In this document: piece by piece, positions 20,528-32,080 of the stretch
Position numbering within the stretch: the first letter of the stretch is position 1
Layout: each line of letters opens with the position of its first letter
Source: a virus
Taxonomy: Duplodnaviria > Caudoviricetes
Strand: one strand, 5' to 3'
DNA: 61,080 nt
IMG/VR virus record: IMGVR_UViG_3300002092_001354
Location: 1-61,080 of that record
The notes under the pieces: generated by a model
The model's input: the letters and a program-made list of their open reading frames with translations, nothing else
Database searches by the model: none
Told to the model about the DNA's origin: nothing
Made by a program: the position numbers and the translations under genes

Positions 20528-21694
20528 TTATGTTGTGGCATTTATTATTTGAAAAAATTTATATCCATACTTTTCTAAACTACCAATATTGTTAACTTCA
20601 CCAAGTCGTTCTATACTTTCTAGCGCCGAATTTTTTCCCCGTTCAATGAACACATTGCTTTGTACTTCTGCTTCATCAATTATTCCTAATAATAGCTCAT
20701 TTTTTACAATTGGTTGACAAACTACCGTATCAGTAGTCAAACCTGAGGATTCAGCAATGAAAAGTGTGGTACCATTATTATAATCATAATAGGTAATATC
20801 ATTAATTGTATAGGCAGTATATAACCCATTATCAAATACACCTAAATATCTACCGACAAATCCAGTATTACCGGTTATATCATATGTAGTTACCGAATAA
20901 GGTGTTGGCCCATATTGTTTTAAATCCGTTAATGATGATGTAGTATAACCCGTAATTAAAAAAGGTACCGTTGTGAATTGAACTATATCTTGAGTTGTTG
21001 AATCACAATTACTGTCACCACTAAATATATAATCATAAGGCACTAATATATCTTTCCAATTACCCCCCATAGGAGTAAAAAATGCCTCACCGTTTGGATT
21101 ATCTATTGTTGTTCCTGTAAATGGAAGTTGTACTGTCTTAGTAATTGTATTTGTCCCCCAAGGACTAAGACCTGTTAATGTAATCTGAGTTTCACCTGTT
21201 ATCGTATAATCGTGATGTATTTGAGCGGTTGATGTTATAGGTTCAGGTAATGAACCGTCCCCCCAATCAACCTTATAGGTTGAAAACTGTAAGTATTTCT
21301 TAAATTCAACATCTGATGTATTATAAAAATAAACTCTTTTGGATTCTAAAGTCGTTGCGGAAAATAAAAAGTTTAACATTGTATCTTTCTGTAAAATCAT
21401 ACCATCAAATACTGAATAATATCCAACATCAACCGTATTCTCTGTAAGTAAAATCGGTATAGTTAAACCTGTTAATAACGAACTTCCACCTGTACCACCC
21501 GACAATACACTAGTCATAGATGAATAAACGTAGGTTGAACCTGTCACTTTTATTTCAATCATTTTTGATTTAAGAACACAACATTCCTTAGAATACGATG
21601 TTCCCGTAATAGTGGTACCGTTATAATTAACTTTGAATATATCCCCACTAATCACACCAGGTGAAATCTTTATACTATAATTTTTATCTGTCAT
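20528..21694 (-). CDS. Structural protein with a PKD-like domain
   Basis: YKVDWGDGS..HDY..G..ITLTG motif. Confidence 0.6.
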   Translation of the reverse strand: MTDKNYSIKISPGVISGDIFKVNYNGTTITGTSYSKECCVLKSKMIEIKVTGSTYVYSSMTSVLSGGTGGSSLLTGLTIPILLTENTVDVGYYSVFDGMILQKDTMLNFLFSATTLESKRVYFYNTSDVEFKKYLQFSTYKVDWGDGSLPEPITSTAQIHHDYTITGETQITLTGLSPWGTNTITKTVQLPFTGTTIDNPNGEAFFTPMGGNWKDILVPYDYIFSGDSNCDSTTQDIVQFTTVPFLITGYTTSSLTDLKQYGPTPYSVTTYDITGNTGFVGRYLGVFDNGLYTAYTINDITYYDYNNGTTLFIAESSGLTTDTVVCQPIVKNELLLGIIDEAEVQSNVFIERGKNSALESIERLGEVNNIGSLEKYGYKFFQIINATT

Positions 21695-21696
21695 AA

Positions 21697-22581
21697 TTAA
21701 GGGTTAATATATTCATACCATTTTATGGAATTTGTCGTTCCAACTCTATTACCACCATTATCAAATATTTTATAAGTATAATCAGTATAATCTAACACAA
21801 CTTTATAATAAAAATACTCTTCCGGTTTAAATTGGAATAATGACGGAACTAAAGGTAATACTTGAGGTGTTGTCATCATTTTAACAAAAATCCCTAATCT
21901 AGCATCAAAAAATTTAGCAGTCATATAAAAAGTTTCGGTAGTGTTTGTTAGGTTAGGGTTAATATTTAAAAATTTCTTTTTTCTTAACCAATACAAAAAG
22001 AACCCCTCTTTATCACCAACATAATCTAATTTAAATGATGGTGTTTTAATGTTAACCGGTGGTATTAACGTTGATGTTATACCTGTTACTGTAAATCCTT
22101 GTTGTACCGGTATTATTGTTGTAAAATAATTGGTCTGAGTTGTCGCCGACGTAGTATCGTAAAAATCCAATTTAAAAAATGATTTTGTAAAAGGTTTTGT
22201 ATAATAATATATGTCATAGGTCGTGAATCCTTCGGGTATATAACTTATTTTCCAATCCGACGCAATAGCTGTTGTTATATCTAAGGGTGGGTTTGGAGGA
22301 ACTGTTGGTTGTAAATCACCATTATCATCAGGTAATAACACACTAAAAAAATGAAAATCATATTTAACATCAGTACTACTATTATTACCGTAATCCGCGT
22401 GAGCAAATCTTAAAATTTCAAAATCATCTGCCACGCCTGTAACTCGTTCAACAGCGTATTGTTGATATTCATCAACAGCATCTGTTCTACCTAAAAAATC
22501 CCATTTGATTTCTACAGGTAGATTAATATATTTGTCGTCACCTTTCGGTAATGTAAATTTAAATTTATTATTCACAGCCAT
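21697..22581 (-). CDS. Hypothetical structural protein
   Basis: Likely start MAVNN at 22581, overlapping the upstream stop; lies in the structural operon. Confidence 0.6.
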   Translation of the reverse strand: MAVNNKFKFTLPKGDDKYINLPVEIKWDFLGRTDAVDEYQQYAVERVTGVADDFEILRFAHADYGNNSSTDVKYDFHFFSVLLPDDNGDLQPTVPPNPPLDITTAIASDWKISYIPEGFTTYDIYYYTKPFTKSFFKLDFYDTTSATTQTNYFTTIIPVQQGFTVTGITSTLIPPVNIKTPSFKLDYVGDKEGFFLYWLRKKKFLNINPNLTNTTETFYMTAKFFDARLGIFVKMMTTPQVLPLVPSLFQFKPEEYFYYKVVLDYTDYTYKIFDNGGNRVGTTNSIKWYEYINP

Positions 22582-24400
22582 CGTTTTTAGGTTCCGCCGC
22601 ACCATAAAGTGTTGCGTAATAGTGCATATCGTTCTCTTTATAAGTAGTTCCTTCAGGTATTATTCTAAAAATAAAATTACCATAAGGGTAATGTGTACCA
22701 TTTAAAAATGGATAATCAACACCATTAAGTTCAGCATCTTTAAACCCATATTCATATATGTCTCTCCATATAAAGGAATTATAGGTTGTTGAGAAATATG
22801 AATAATCCGGTATATCAACAGTATTTCTAACATCACCCGTTTCAATATAATCAGAAAAAACTCTTAGTGTCATTTTTCTATGTGGTCTATAATAAAACCC
22901 AAATCGACCATTATTTTTTTTATTATAAAGTGTTTCAGGAACTGTAAATACAGAATCATTATATGTTAATTTATGATAAATTTCACTTATTAATCTCTCT
23001 TTTTGTTCAAAATTATTCCATTCATAAAAATCACCATCAATTGTATCCCCACTTTGGAGTGACCTAACATAATTAAATTGAATAGTTCCTGTATTAGGTG
23101 GTAGTTTAAAATTAGTCCCCACATAATTATCAATGGTAAATGTTGTATTTGATAAAGTATTTTTCCATAAAGTATTAACCACACCATTATTTAGAGGTAA
23201 ATTAAATTCAAAACCTTCTTTTATTTTATCCCCATTATTTAACATTAAACCAAAATAACCTTTCCACATTGTGGTAACATATAATTCACTAATAGGTCTT
23301 TTATGATTATCTCGTAAATTACTAACATCAATATCTTTATTAAAAGATAAAGAATAAGATTTAGAACCTTCTTTATATGAAACTCTACTAACTTTATTTG
23401 GAGTATAACTAGCACTTTCAAATTGTTTTTTATCCCCAAACACATTTTGTTCAAAACCCGCATTAGTTAAAACAGCATCACCAACATTTGTTATTATTTT
23501 ATGTTTAACAACATAATATTCAGATATAGTATCATCAGGGTTTTCATTGTTAATAATTCGTTTAAAATTGCCATAATCATCATCACTAAATGGGTTAGGA
23601 TTAAACCCAATATTATAAATATTAAAAACATATTCATCATATCCTGGTAATCCATTTCCTAAAGAATATACTTGAAAAGTTTCTTCAAAACTACTATTTT
23701 TATCTTTAATTTTAGCGTATTCACCAACAGATAAACCGTGTTTCATTGGACATCTAAATCTAACTACTCGATTTCCATTAACCATTAAATCATTACTATT
23801 ACCATCTGTTATATTTAAAACATACGGTATTCCCTCAGACGCTAAAAATTGATTAGAACTAAATGTTATACTATCATAATAATACAAAGGTTTTCCCGGT
23901 AAATTTAAATAAGGATAACTAATAAAATGATTCCAATTATAAGTGGAAGCACTTTTACTAACAAAATTAACGTGAACCATACCATTACTATCCGGTGTTG
24001 TATATCCTGAAATATTATAATCATTCCTAATAAAATCAAATTCATTATATTGTGGATACCCCTCCCACGATACATTGTCGGAGGTTGTGTCACATTGTTG
24101 AACCGCGTTTGATAACGCATTAGTATAATATAAATTATTTTCTAATGGGGGATAGTACTTAGAAGTACCCGTATACGCATTATCAAAAATTAAATCAAAT
24201 TTACACACAGGTCTAAATACCGTTGATTTTTCTCTCTCATCGTGAAATAATTGAGCTAAATTAATATCTATACTTCTATCAAACTCTTGTAAAGTTTTCG
24301 CTGTTTGAACTAATGGTGTCGGTATCGATAAATTAGTATTCGTAGCGGTTTTATATCGCAACGAACCTAAAACTATTCTTATGTCATCTCTATTACCCAT
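22568..24400 (-). CDS. Hypothetical structural protein
   Basis: 610-aa ORF tightly packed in the baseplate operon. Confidence 0.6.
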   Translation of the reverse strand: MGNRDDIRIVLGSLRYKTATNTNLSIPTPLVQTAKTLQEFDRSIDINLAQLFHDEREKSTVFRPVCKFDLIFDNAYTGTSKYYPPLENNLYYTNALSNAVQQCDTTSDNVSWEGYPQYNEFDFIRNDYNISGYTTPDSNGMVHVNFVSKSASTYNWNHFISYPYLNLPGKPLYYYDSITFSSNQFLASEGIPYVLNITDGNSNDLMVNGNRVVRFRCPMKHGLSVGEYAKIKDKNSSFEETFQVYSLGNGLPGYDEYVFNIYNIGFNPNPFSDDDYGNFKRIINNENPDDTISEYYVVKHKIITNVGDAVLTNAGFEQNVFGDKKQFESASYTPNKVSRVSYKEGSKSYSLSFNKDIDVSNLRDNHKRPISELYVTTMWKGYFGLMLNNGDKIKEGFEFNLPLNNGVVNTLWKNTLSNTTFTIDNYVGTNFKLPPNTGTIQFNYVRSLQSGDTIDGDFYEWNNFEQKERLISEIYHKLTYNDSVFTVPETLYNKKNNGRFGFYYRPHRKMTLRVFSDYIETGDVRNTVDIPDYSYFSTTYNSFIWRDIYEYGFKDAELNGVDYPFLNGTHYPYGNFIFRIIPEGTTYKENDMHYYATLYGAAEPKNDGCE

Positions 24401-24401
24401 A

Positions 24402-27400
24402 TTACGATACTATTGTTTCTGTATTAACCCATTTACTTCTGAACCTATCAAATGAGGACGCACCTCGTTTTAAACCAAAATAAAAATAGAATGGTGCTCC
24501 AACAGTCACTAATTGAACTTCATCAGGGTTTTTTATCCAAGCTGACGGAGCAGCAATTAAATCACCATTACCATCAACTGCGTATATATAACCTTTATCA
24601 TCTGAAACTGTAATTCCATTATTTCTAAAATATCTTGAATTAACATCTAATCTATCTAATGATTGATATTTTGACGAATAAATTTTTACATTTGAATCCC
24701 ACCAGGTATTATTCTCATTACCAAAAATACTTGGAGCACCATCGGCAATAAACCATTGAGATAATGGAACTTCTTGAGAATAAACAGGAAAATTACTAAA
24801 TGCACAAGTTTGGTTAGTAATTAAAGCGTGTGAATCAATAATTGTTCTTTTAGGTGTTACATAATCTCTAATTTGAGTATCTGACGAAAAGAAAATCCCT
24901 ATCTCACCATTACAACCAATAAATATTGGATTTTGTAAATTGTCCGGGTCATTAAAATCAGGATAATTTGTAGCTTGAAACGCGGCAACACCTAATTCAG
25001 AGTTAATAGATATTAATTGAGAATAATCACCATCAAATTTTAAATTATTTCTACTAGCATCTTGTGTAAAGTATGCTAATATATTTATTGAACCAAGTAA
25101 ATTTGTTAAAAAATTATTATCTAAAAATCGACTAATAATAAATAAATTAAGAATTTCATCTACGTGTGAATAACTAGATGAATTTAATTTATTAACTATA
25201 TAACCATCATATTCGTCAGACATCACAAGTTCTTGTAAGAAATAACTTCTTGGTCCTAAATCCATTATAGTTGTTGGAAATTTAATTGCACCTAAGAATT
25301 CTTTAGAACTTCCATCATATTCCGAACATCTATAATAAAAGTTTCGACTACCTTTGTGTTGGATAACAACACTAGTAGGGTAATTATATATTGGTGCGTT
25401 TGGTGGATTAGAAGTAGGTGATGTAAACCCTATTGTATCATATTTGAATGACATAGCATATAAATTACCGTTTACCCAATTATTATTAAAAGTATGCGAA
25501 AAGACATTTCTACAAGCACCTAACATAACCATATTTCTAGCAATCCATTCTGCCATCATTGCCCAATCCTGTATTAAAGATAGAAACATTACCGTTACAA
25601 AATAATAACAACCTCGATTAAATTTTAATTTATTAAGAATTCCTCTTTGTCTATCGTGATTAATTTTAACCTCACCATTACAAGCACCTTTTGGATATCT
25701 TTTTGTTATATCATAACATTCTAAATTAACCGACCCATCACAAGTAAATGTTGAAAATAAACCGTTAATGTGTGTTGAATGTAAATAATCCTCATTTATA
25801 TCTATAGCGGCACCACTACCTTGAGAACCAGTACCACCCTGAGTAGACGATATACCAACAACACCTTTTTCAGGTATTAAATAAACTTGTAAGTTTTCAT
25901 TTTTTTGTAACAACCAAGAATTACAACAATACTCTTGAGGAACTGTCGATGTTGGTAATCTATCCCCTCTCATTATTCTTACTTTACCGGAAATAGTATT
26001 ACTACTAAAATTTAAAGTATTTCCTGTCGAATGGTACGTTGGGGAATAAAAATATGTTTTTAAACTATCATTCATACCTATCACTGGTTTATGATACTCT
26101 GAACTACAAAAAAAAGCGTGACAACATTGACATTCAGAGTAAGCATAATCTAAATACCCATTCATAGACATTATAGAACCTCCTTCAACAATTTCATTTG
26201 GTATATAACCTTGATTATTATTATTAATATCATATTGTACACTAAAATTAAGACGATATAAATCAAAATTATGGTCACATCCATCCCCCCAACATCCAGG
26301 ATTATCATAATAACCACTAGAAAACCCGGGAACTATAGTTCTAGTAAATAAATTATTTGGAGAAACCGATATTCCATTAGGATTAATAACATTAGCCGCA
26401 ACAGAAACAGGTGGATTTGGTGTTGTACCATTAATACAAGCAGGTATAAAATTACCTGAACGTTTATCTAATGATGAATAATAACTAATTAAATTTGAAT
26501 TAAACCCTGTATAACCAGCAGATAAAAAAGTCCAAGTAGGTTGAGGAACCATATTTTCATCATATTGAATAGTATTCCCCGATATATCAAGTGGTTGTGG
26601 TGTAAATGAAAACGAATCGTGATATAATGGAGTATTAGAATAAGATATATCAGTAGCATTTGAATTACCTGCGGTAACACCATTTATTGTAATTTGAGGG
26701 AAATCACTTGATAAATGACTAACATTTTTAAAACCACCCTGAATAGGTATGTTCATTCGACACTTAGTTTTAATTATTATATCATCCTCATTATTATGAC
26801 CAAAAAGTTTACCTAACCCATATTCAATATCAATTTTATCAGTATAAGGGTCAACCCCTCGATTTAATATTACAACACCCATTGAACTACTATATTTTAT
26901 TGAGTCTATAGGTCTTAAATAATAAGATGTTGTGTCAGCATTACCAGTATCAGGGTTATTAGTATAATAAAGATTATGTAATGTGGTTACATTTTTAATA
27001 TATCTTTCATTTAATGAACCAAGTAATGATGTACCGCATAGTGATGTAAATGCACTATAAGTCATACCCGTTATAACTTGAAAATATTCAACATCTGTTG
27101 GATACCTGTAAAGATAATTATATTTAGTATTTCCGGTTAAATTAACAGAATATGTTGGACCATAATTATTTCCTGAACCATTAAAATTTGCGTATGGTAC
27201 ATTTATAGTAGTTTGCCCGGTAAACGTAACTCCTGTAATAGCGTAATTACCTGCTTTATTAAGAATTGGACTATTTGTATTTGGGTCAGAACTATATGAT
27301 GGATTTTGAAAAGAAATCATTTGACCTGAAACATATTTTTTAAGAGTTGCTTTAGGACAAATAATTACAATAGTATTATCATAATGCTTTTTTCCGGGAT

Positions 27401-29675
27401 TACTTTGTGGTTCATATGTTACTCTAACTCGATTAACTCCACCACCAGGATTATTTGACCCACCATCAAAATATTTTGCTTTAACATTAAATAAATTAAT
27501 TCTATCAGCAATAGGTAAACCTGTAGTAATCCAAGTGTGTGTTGGTGAACCTTGTTCATCAGAAGGATAGGGAGCCCCATAACCGGGATTTGCAGTTTGT
27601 CCATCAAATAACCTACCGGTAAATTCACTTTGAATGACCATACGTCTTGTAGAAGAATGTAAATCATAAGTATATGGCGTTGATGAATTATAAATTGTTG
27701 TACCCGTTTTAGGGACTTCCCAAGGCGAAACCGACGATAATTGTAAAATTGGTGACCCCAAAGTAAGTGGTGACGCAGAAAGAGGGTCCGCAGAAATATA
27801 ATCACAAGGAATTAAATCCGCATTACCGGTGTCTAAATCAGCCAAACCGTTATCTTCATCCGGATTTTCATCAACAGGATGACCTTGTTCACACGAACAC
27901 ATATTACAGTCAGGATAAGTTAGTAAAGGCACCGAAATCCCACTTAAATTTATTTTCCATAATTGTATGAAAATATAGAGACAAAGAGCCACAGCAAGTA
28001 AATACGTTATCCCCATTGCTAAAAGACCCCAGTTAAACACTACCCCAAAACCTACGGAAACAAAACCAAGAAAAGCATCTACCGATAATATACCAAAATA
28101 AACAATCATAAATGGGAAGAACGCAACTCTTAATATCCATACAATAAAATAAACTATGTGCATAATAAGGATTAAGGCATAAAATATTGGTGTTAAAATT
28201 ATACTTAAAAATGCGAATAACACATAAAAGAAGTCAAATCTAAAATACCCATCATTTGTTGGATATCTATTATTTTCACTTTCACAGGTATCATCTAATA
28301 TATTTTTAATACCAACAAACCTCTGATAAGCACCTGACCTCCATTCATCAATATATTGTGAAACCGTATATACTTTATTATATTGCATCATATAAAATCT
28401 ATCAGCACAATCAATCGCCTCCTGTATCATTTCAGGATTATTTACATCACCATAATCATCCCAATCAAGACTAAAAGCATATGACTCTTGTTTATCAGTT
28501 CTCCAATCTTTAATATTTGGAACTAAATAATACGCTCTTTTAGTTGACGATGATTCTGATGGAGATTGAGACCATTTAACTTTAAATCTATATTTACCTT
28601 TAGTTGGTATACCTTTAGTTGGGTCAGGTGATAAAACTTGTTCCCCAAATTCATTAGTTATGTAATAATCTAAATTCATTGGGACATCTACCATCCAAGT
28701 TCCTTTTTCATCTATAATAGTACCACCACCTTCTAAACCATACGATTCAAGTATAGGTCGTCCATTACTATCGTGTTGAATAGTTTGTCTAATAGCCAAT
28801 ATTTCACCAGGACCTGTTGTAACATTACATAAAAACCCTGAATCTCTAGTTGGTTTATTATTCGCCCTAATTGCATTACTATCTGTATCTGAAATAATCG
28901 ACCCCATAAAAATAGCTGTAGGTCGTATATCAATATTAGCCTCACCTGTTAAATCAAAATCCGTTCTAGTTATACCCAAGTTACATATCTCAGGTTGACC
29001 CCATAAAGGTTCAATCTCAATAGTTCTTTTAAAACTAACAATTTGAGGTAATTCCCCTAAATTAGTTGACGCCCTAAACTTGGTACCATCAACTTGATTT
29101 TCAGTTGCTCGACCCATCCTAATTAAATCCTGAGGAGATAATGAAAACTCACCAATATCTGATAAATCAATATCCACCACAATTGTATGAGAACCAACGG
29201 GAACACCAAAAATCATATAATCACCACTACTATTAGTAACAGCATTATATTTGTAGTATTTATCGTAAATATCACCAAGAACAGGACTTAACAATACGTC
29301 TCTACGTGTAAAAAAAGTACCAGTTGGTACGTGAGCACTATAAGAAGGTTTGTAAGGTAAAAGATTATATCTATATCCATCATCATTAACATCATACAAA
29401 TTACTGTATGGATAAATATTAGATATTACAGGGTCATTTTTATCAATAGAATCTAATGGAATAAAAACAGATACTTTAGCGTTTGGAAGACCAAAACCAT
29501 TGTTTACACTAACTCTACCCACAACAACACCATAATCGGCACATTGTCGTGTGTAGATATCACTTTGTAGGATTTTTAAGGATAGAATTTCTAAATACTC
29601 GAACTCTTGGTCAATCATCACCTTTAATGAGGTATCTACACCGACGTTAGTTCTTATTCTATAAGAATTTGACAT
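24402..29675 (-). CDS. Very large structural-operon protein with an N-terminal carboxypeptidase-regulatory-like beta-sandwich and an internal multi-pass hydrophobic segment
   Basis: GVVVGRVSVNNGFGLPNAKVSV..VTNSSGDYMIFGVPVGSHTI; apolar stretch of about 95 aa at roughly 27950-28240. Confidence 0.65.
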   Translation of the reverse strand: MSNSYRIRTNVGVDTSLKVMIDQEFEYLEILSLKILQSDIYTRQCADYGVVVGRVSVNNGFGLPNAKVSVFIPLDSIDKNDPVISNIYPYSNLYDVNDDGYRYNLLPYKPSYSAHVPTGTFFTRRDVLLSPVLGDIYDKYYKYNAVTNSSGDYMIFGVPVGSHTIVVDIDLSDIGEFSLSPQDLIRMGRATENQVDGTKFRASTNLGELPQIVSFKRTIEIEPLWGQPEICNLGITRTDFDLTGEANIDIRPTAIFMGSIISDTDSNAIRANNKPTRDSGFLCNVTTGPGEILAIRQTIQHDSNGRPILESYGLEGGGTIIDEKGTWMVDVPMNLDYYITNEFGEQVLSPDPTKGIPTKGKYRFKVKWSQSPSESSSTKRAYYLVPNIKDWRTDKQESYAFSLDWDDYGDVNNPEMIQEAIDCADRFYMMQYNKVYTVSQYIDEWRSGAYQRFVGIKNILDDTCESENNRYPTNDGYFRFDFFYVLFAFLSIILTPIFYALILIMHIVYFIVWILRVAFFPFMIVYFGILSVDAFLGFVSVGFGVVFNWGLLAMGITYLLAVALCLYIFIQLWKINLSGISVPLLTYPDCNMCSCEQGHPVDENPDEDNGLADLDTGNADLIPCDYISADPLSASPLTLGSPILQLSSVSPWEVPKTGTTIYNSSTPYTYDLHSSTRRMVIQSEFTGRLFDGQTANPGYGAPYPSDEQGSPTHTWITTGLPIADRINLFNVKAKYFDGGSNNPGGGVNRVRVTYEPQSNPGKKHYDNTIVIICPKATLKKYVSGQMISFQNPSYSSDPNTNSPILNKAGNYAITGVTFTGQTTINVPYANFNGSGNNYGPTYSVNLTGNTKYNYLYRYPTDVEYFQVITGMTYSAFTSLCGTSLLGSLNERYIKNVTTLHNLYYTNNPDTGNADTTSYYLRPIDSIKYSSSMGVVILNRGVDPYTDKIDIEYGLGKLFGHNNEDDIIIKTKCRMNIPIQGGFKNVSHLSSDFPQITINGVTAGNSNATDISYSNTPLYHDSFSFTPQPLDISGNTIQYDENMVPQPTWTFLSAGYTGFNSNLISYYSSLDKRSGNFIPACINGTTPNPPVSVAANVINPNGISVSPNNLFTRTIVPGFSSGYYDNPGCWGDGCDHNFDLYRLNFSVQYDINNNNQGYIPNEIVEGGSIMSMNGYLDYAYSECQCCHAFFCSSEYHKPVIGMNDSLKTYFYSPTYHSTGNTLNFSSNTISGKVRIMRGDRLPTSTVPQEYCCNSWLLQKNENLQVYLIPEKGVVGISSTQGGTGSQGSGAAIDINEDYLHSTHINGLFSTFTCDGSVNLECYDITKRYPKGACNGEVKINHDRQRGILNKLKFNRGCYYFVTVMFLSLIQDWAMMAEWIARNMVMLGACRNVFSHTFNNNWVNGNLYAMSFKYDTIGFTSPTSNPPNAPIYNYPTSVVIQHKGSRNFYYRCSEYDGSSKEFLGAIKFPTTIMDLGPRSYFLQELVMSDEYDGYIVNKLNSSSYSHVDEILNLFIISRFLDNNFLTNLLGSINILAYFTQDASRNNLKFDGDYSQLISINSELGVAAFQATNYPDFNDPDNLQNPIFIGCNGEIGIFFSSDTQIRDYVTPKRTIIDSHALITNQTCAFSNFPVYSQEVPLSQWFIADGAPSIFGNENNTWWDSNVKIYSSKYQSLDRLDVNSRYFRNNGITVSDDKGYIYAVDGNGDLIAAPSAWIKNPDEVQLVTVGAPFYFYFGLKRGASSFDRFRSKWVNTETIVS

Positions 29676-29747
29676 ATATTATCTTTTTTAATAAATAGTT
29701 TATACACTATTTTTAAAAGATAATTCAGTATTATTTAAAGTGAATTA

Positions 29748-31586
29748 TTATGAGAAATTAACCGTTTTAAGATTTTTAACTCTAATATTGATATCTTTGT
29801 TAGAATATCTGATTTGATAACTCTGAGTTGGTTCCGCATAAATGGTCTCGTCAATCAACTCAATTTGTTTTGTTGTTGGGTCAGAATATCTTTGAGATGT
29901 TTGTGATGATGAATATTGTCCTCCAACATTATTAAAGAATTGTACATCAGAAATCGTAATAACCCCATTCTCATTTTGTAATAATCTTTTCAAATCTGAA
30001 ACATTAACATTTTGACCCATTTGTCTATTTGATGGACTAAAATAATCAGAAACTACTGTTATTAATTGAGATATAACGGTACCTTGATTTTGAGAATTAT
30101 CTAATACAACATCCACATTTACACTTAAATCAATTACGTTAGCACTTTGAACTGAAACATAATCATTTATCATTCGATAATTGGATAGGTAATTAGCAAC
30201 ATTATTTTTTAAAGTGTTTGAAACGACTTCCGTTAATGCTCCGGATTCATCATACGATAACATCTGTACAATGATTTTATTATTTTGTTCAGTTATTGAA
30301 ACCTTTGCAGGTGCTCCATATTGAGACGGCATTGTTCTAATAATTGATTCATAATCATTAACCGTAACCGCTCTATTTTGAGAAGAAAAATTATAAGAAA
30401 CTAAATTTCTCACTTCTTCTGTTGTTGGAAAGTCCGCTCCACCTATAGCCGCAACAACATTTGTACATCTTAATGAGTTAACTACTGTTGTATTCATACT
30501 CTCAGAAGGACCATTAACAAAAAATGATATTGTACCTACTTGAGTAATAGTATTAACCCCTAAGTTACTTCCTGTACCACCACCAACTCTATATTGAACA
30601 AATAGTGTTGTATTTGCTTTCAACGTACTACCTAACCCTAAATTATTTGAATATTTGTTTAAATTTAACGTAAACCCATTTGCCGCAAATTCTCTTAATT
30701 GTTCATCAGCAGATTGATTACCTCCACCAAAAGTCATTTTTAAAAATCCTTCAGGTGTAAATTCTGAAATAAATTTATTACTTGTCTGTACATATTTCCC
30801 AACTTTAATACCAGGACTATCCGACACTTTTGTTGGGTCTTCTATAAAAACTCGGTCTTCAGCTAAAGCTTGAACCTCATACCATTTGTTATCTGTACTT
30901 AAAAATTCTTGAGATGAGGGTACATTACTATACTGTGTCCCATCTTTTAATAAAACTCCTGTAATACCTAATACATTTTTTTCAGGTAAAAACAATTCGT
31001 AAAAAGGTTTAACATCGTTTGGTGTAATAACTTTTTTAAACACTTTAGTCATCCCATTAACAACAGTTTCTCTCTTAGTTATGGTGTAATTTAATATCTT
31101 ATTATTTGAATCAAAATTTGGTATTTTCAGTCTATTTGGATACCCTTCAGAATTAATTGGTGATGCAAAATCAATTTCATACACTGTTTCAAAAACTTGA
31201 CCAGCACCATTGAATTGTGAACCTCTTCTTAATACTCCACAATAACTTAAATCTTCTTTGTCACCATAAACCGGAACCGTTATTGAAAAGTCAACCAAAG
31301 AAACAGATGGTCTCATTCCCGGTATTTTTAATCCGTAAGTTTTTGCGATATTAAATACTGAAGACCTTTGTTGTGCATATTGTAACACTGTCTCCTGAAT
31401 ACTTCTATCAATATTGAATTGTAAGTTATCTGTCACCGCAGCATTAAGGTCTAATAAAACCGAGAATACCGATGCGTCATTAAAATTCTGAACAGTTTCA
31501 GGATAATAAGTTTTAGTGAAATTTATAAGTTCCGTTCTTATTGATTGGAAATCTCTAGTTGTATATGAAATCTTTTTATTAGCCAT
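29748..31586 (-). CDS. Baseplate wedge subunit (T4 gp6 / baseplate J-like)
   Basis: ISYTTRDFQSIRTELI, YRVGGGTGSN and GGADFPTTEEVR..QNRAVTVNDY motifs. Confidence 0.85.
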   Translation of the reverse strand: MANKKISYTTRDFQSIRTELINFTKTYYPETVQNFNDASVFSVLLDLNAAVTDNLQFNIDRSIQETVLQYAQQRSSVFNIAKTYGLKIPGMRPSVSLVDFSITVPVYGDKEDLSYCGVLRRGSQFNGAGQVFETVYEIDFASPINSEGYPNRLKIPNFDSNNKILNYTITKRETVVNGMTKVFKKVITPNDVKPFYELFLPEKNVLGITGVLLKDGTQYSNVPSSQEFLSTDNKWYEVQALAEDRVFIEDPTKVSDSPGIKVGKYVQTSNKFISEFTPEGFLKMTFGGGNQSADEQLREFAANGFTLNLNKYSNNLGLGSTLKANTTLFVQYRVGGGTGSNLGVNTITQVGTISFFVNGPSESMNTTVVNSLRCTNVVAAIGGADFPTTEEVRNLVSYNFSSQNRAVTVNDYESIIRTMPSQYGAPAKVSITEQNNKIIVQMLSYDESGALTEVVSNTLKNNVANYLSNYRMINDYVSVQSANVIDLSVNVDVVLDNSQNQGTVISQLITVVSDYFSPSNRQMGQNVNVSDLKRLLQNENGVITISDVQFFNNVGGQYSSSQTSQRYSDPTTKQIELIDETIYAEPTQSYQIRYSNKDINIRVKNLKTVNFS

Positions 31587-31590
31587 AATA

Positions 31591-32049
31591 TTATATATTA
31601 ATTATTACAAAATCACTAGAATTAAACACATCGTCTGTTATGACATAATCAATTCTAACTTTAGCGGTATGTTCTAATTGAGCAATACCAGGTACTCTAA
31701 AAACTCTATCGTTCTCACCATTAACATAAGACCCTTTATCTTCTTGTCCATCTGATGCCGCTGTTATATTAATACTCGTAAGTATTAAATTTGGCATATA
31801 TAGGTCAACAGCATCACGTATTTCAGATTCTATTTGTGAAAACGTAGGTGCATCCAATGGGTCAAAAAGAAACTCATATAATCTTGTCCCAAAATCAGGT
31901 AAATAATATCTTGTACCTTTTCTAGTTAACAAAAGGTGTATTAAATTATTTCTAATTTCTTTTTCCGTTGTGTTTGATAAATCCAAATATTTCCCCTCAA
32001 AAGAATCTCTGAAAGGAAAAGTTAAACCGTATGTTGTTCCATCTGCCAT
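31591..32049 (-). CDS. Baseplate wedge / sheath initiator (gp25 / GPW family)
   Basis: IRNNLIHLLLTRKGTRYYLPDFGTRLYEFLFDP. Confidence 0.9.
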   Translation of the reverse strand: MADGTTYGLTFPFRDSFEGKYLDLSNTTEKEIRNNLIHLLLTRKGTRYYLPDFGTRLYEFLFDPLDAPTFSQIESEIRDAVDLYMPNLILTSINITAASDGQEDKGSYVNGENDRVFRVPGIAQLEHTAKVRIDYVITDDVFNSSDFVIINI

Positions 32050-32080
32050 AACTATAAATATAGTGTCGTCACTATTTTTT

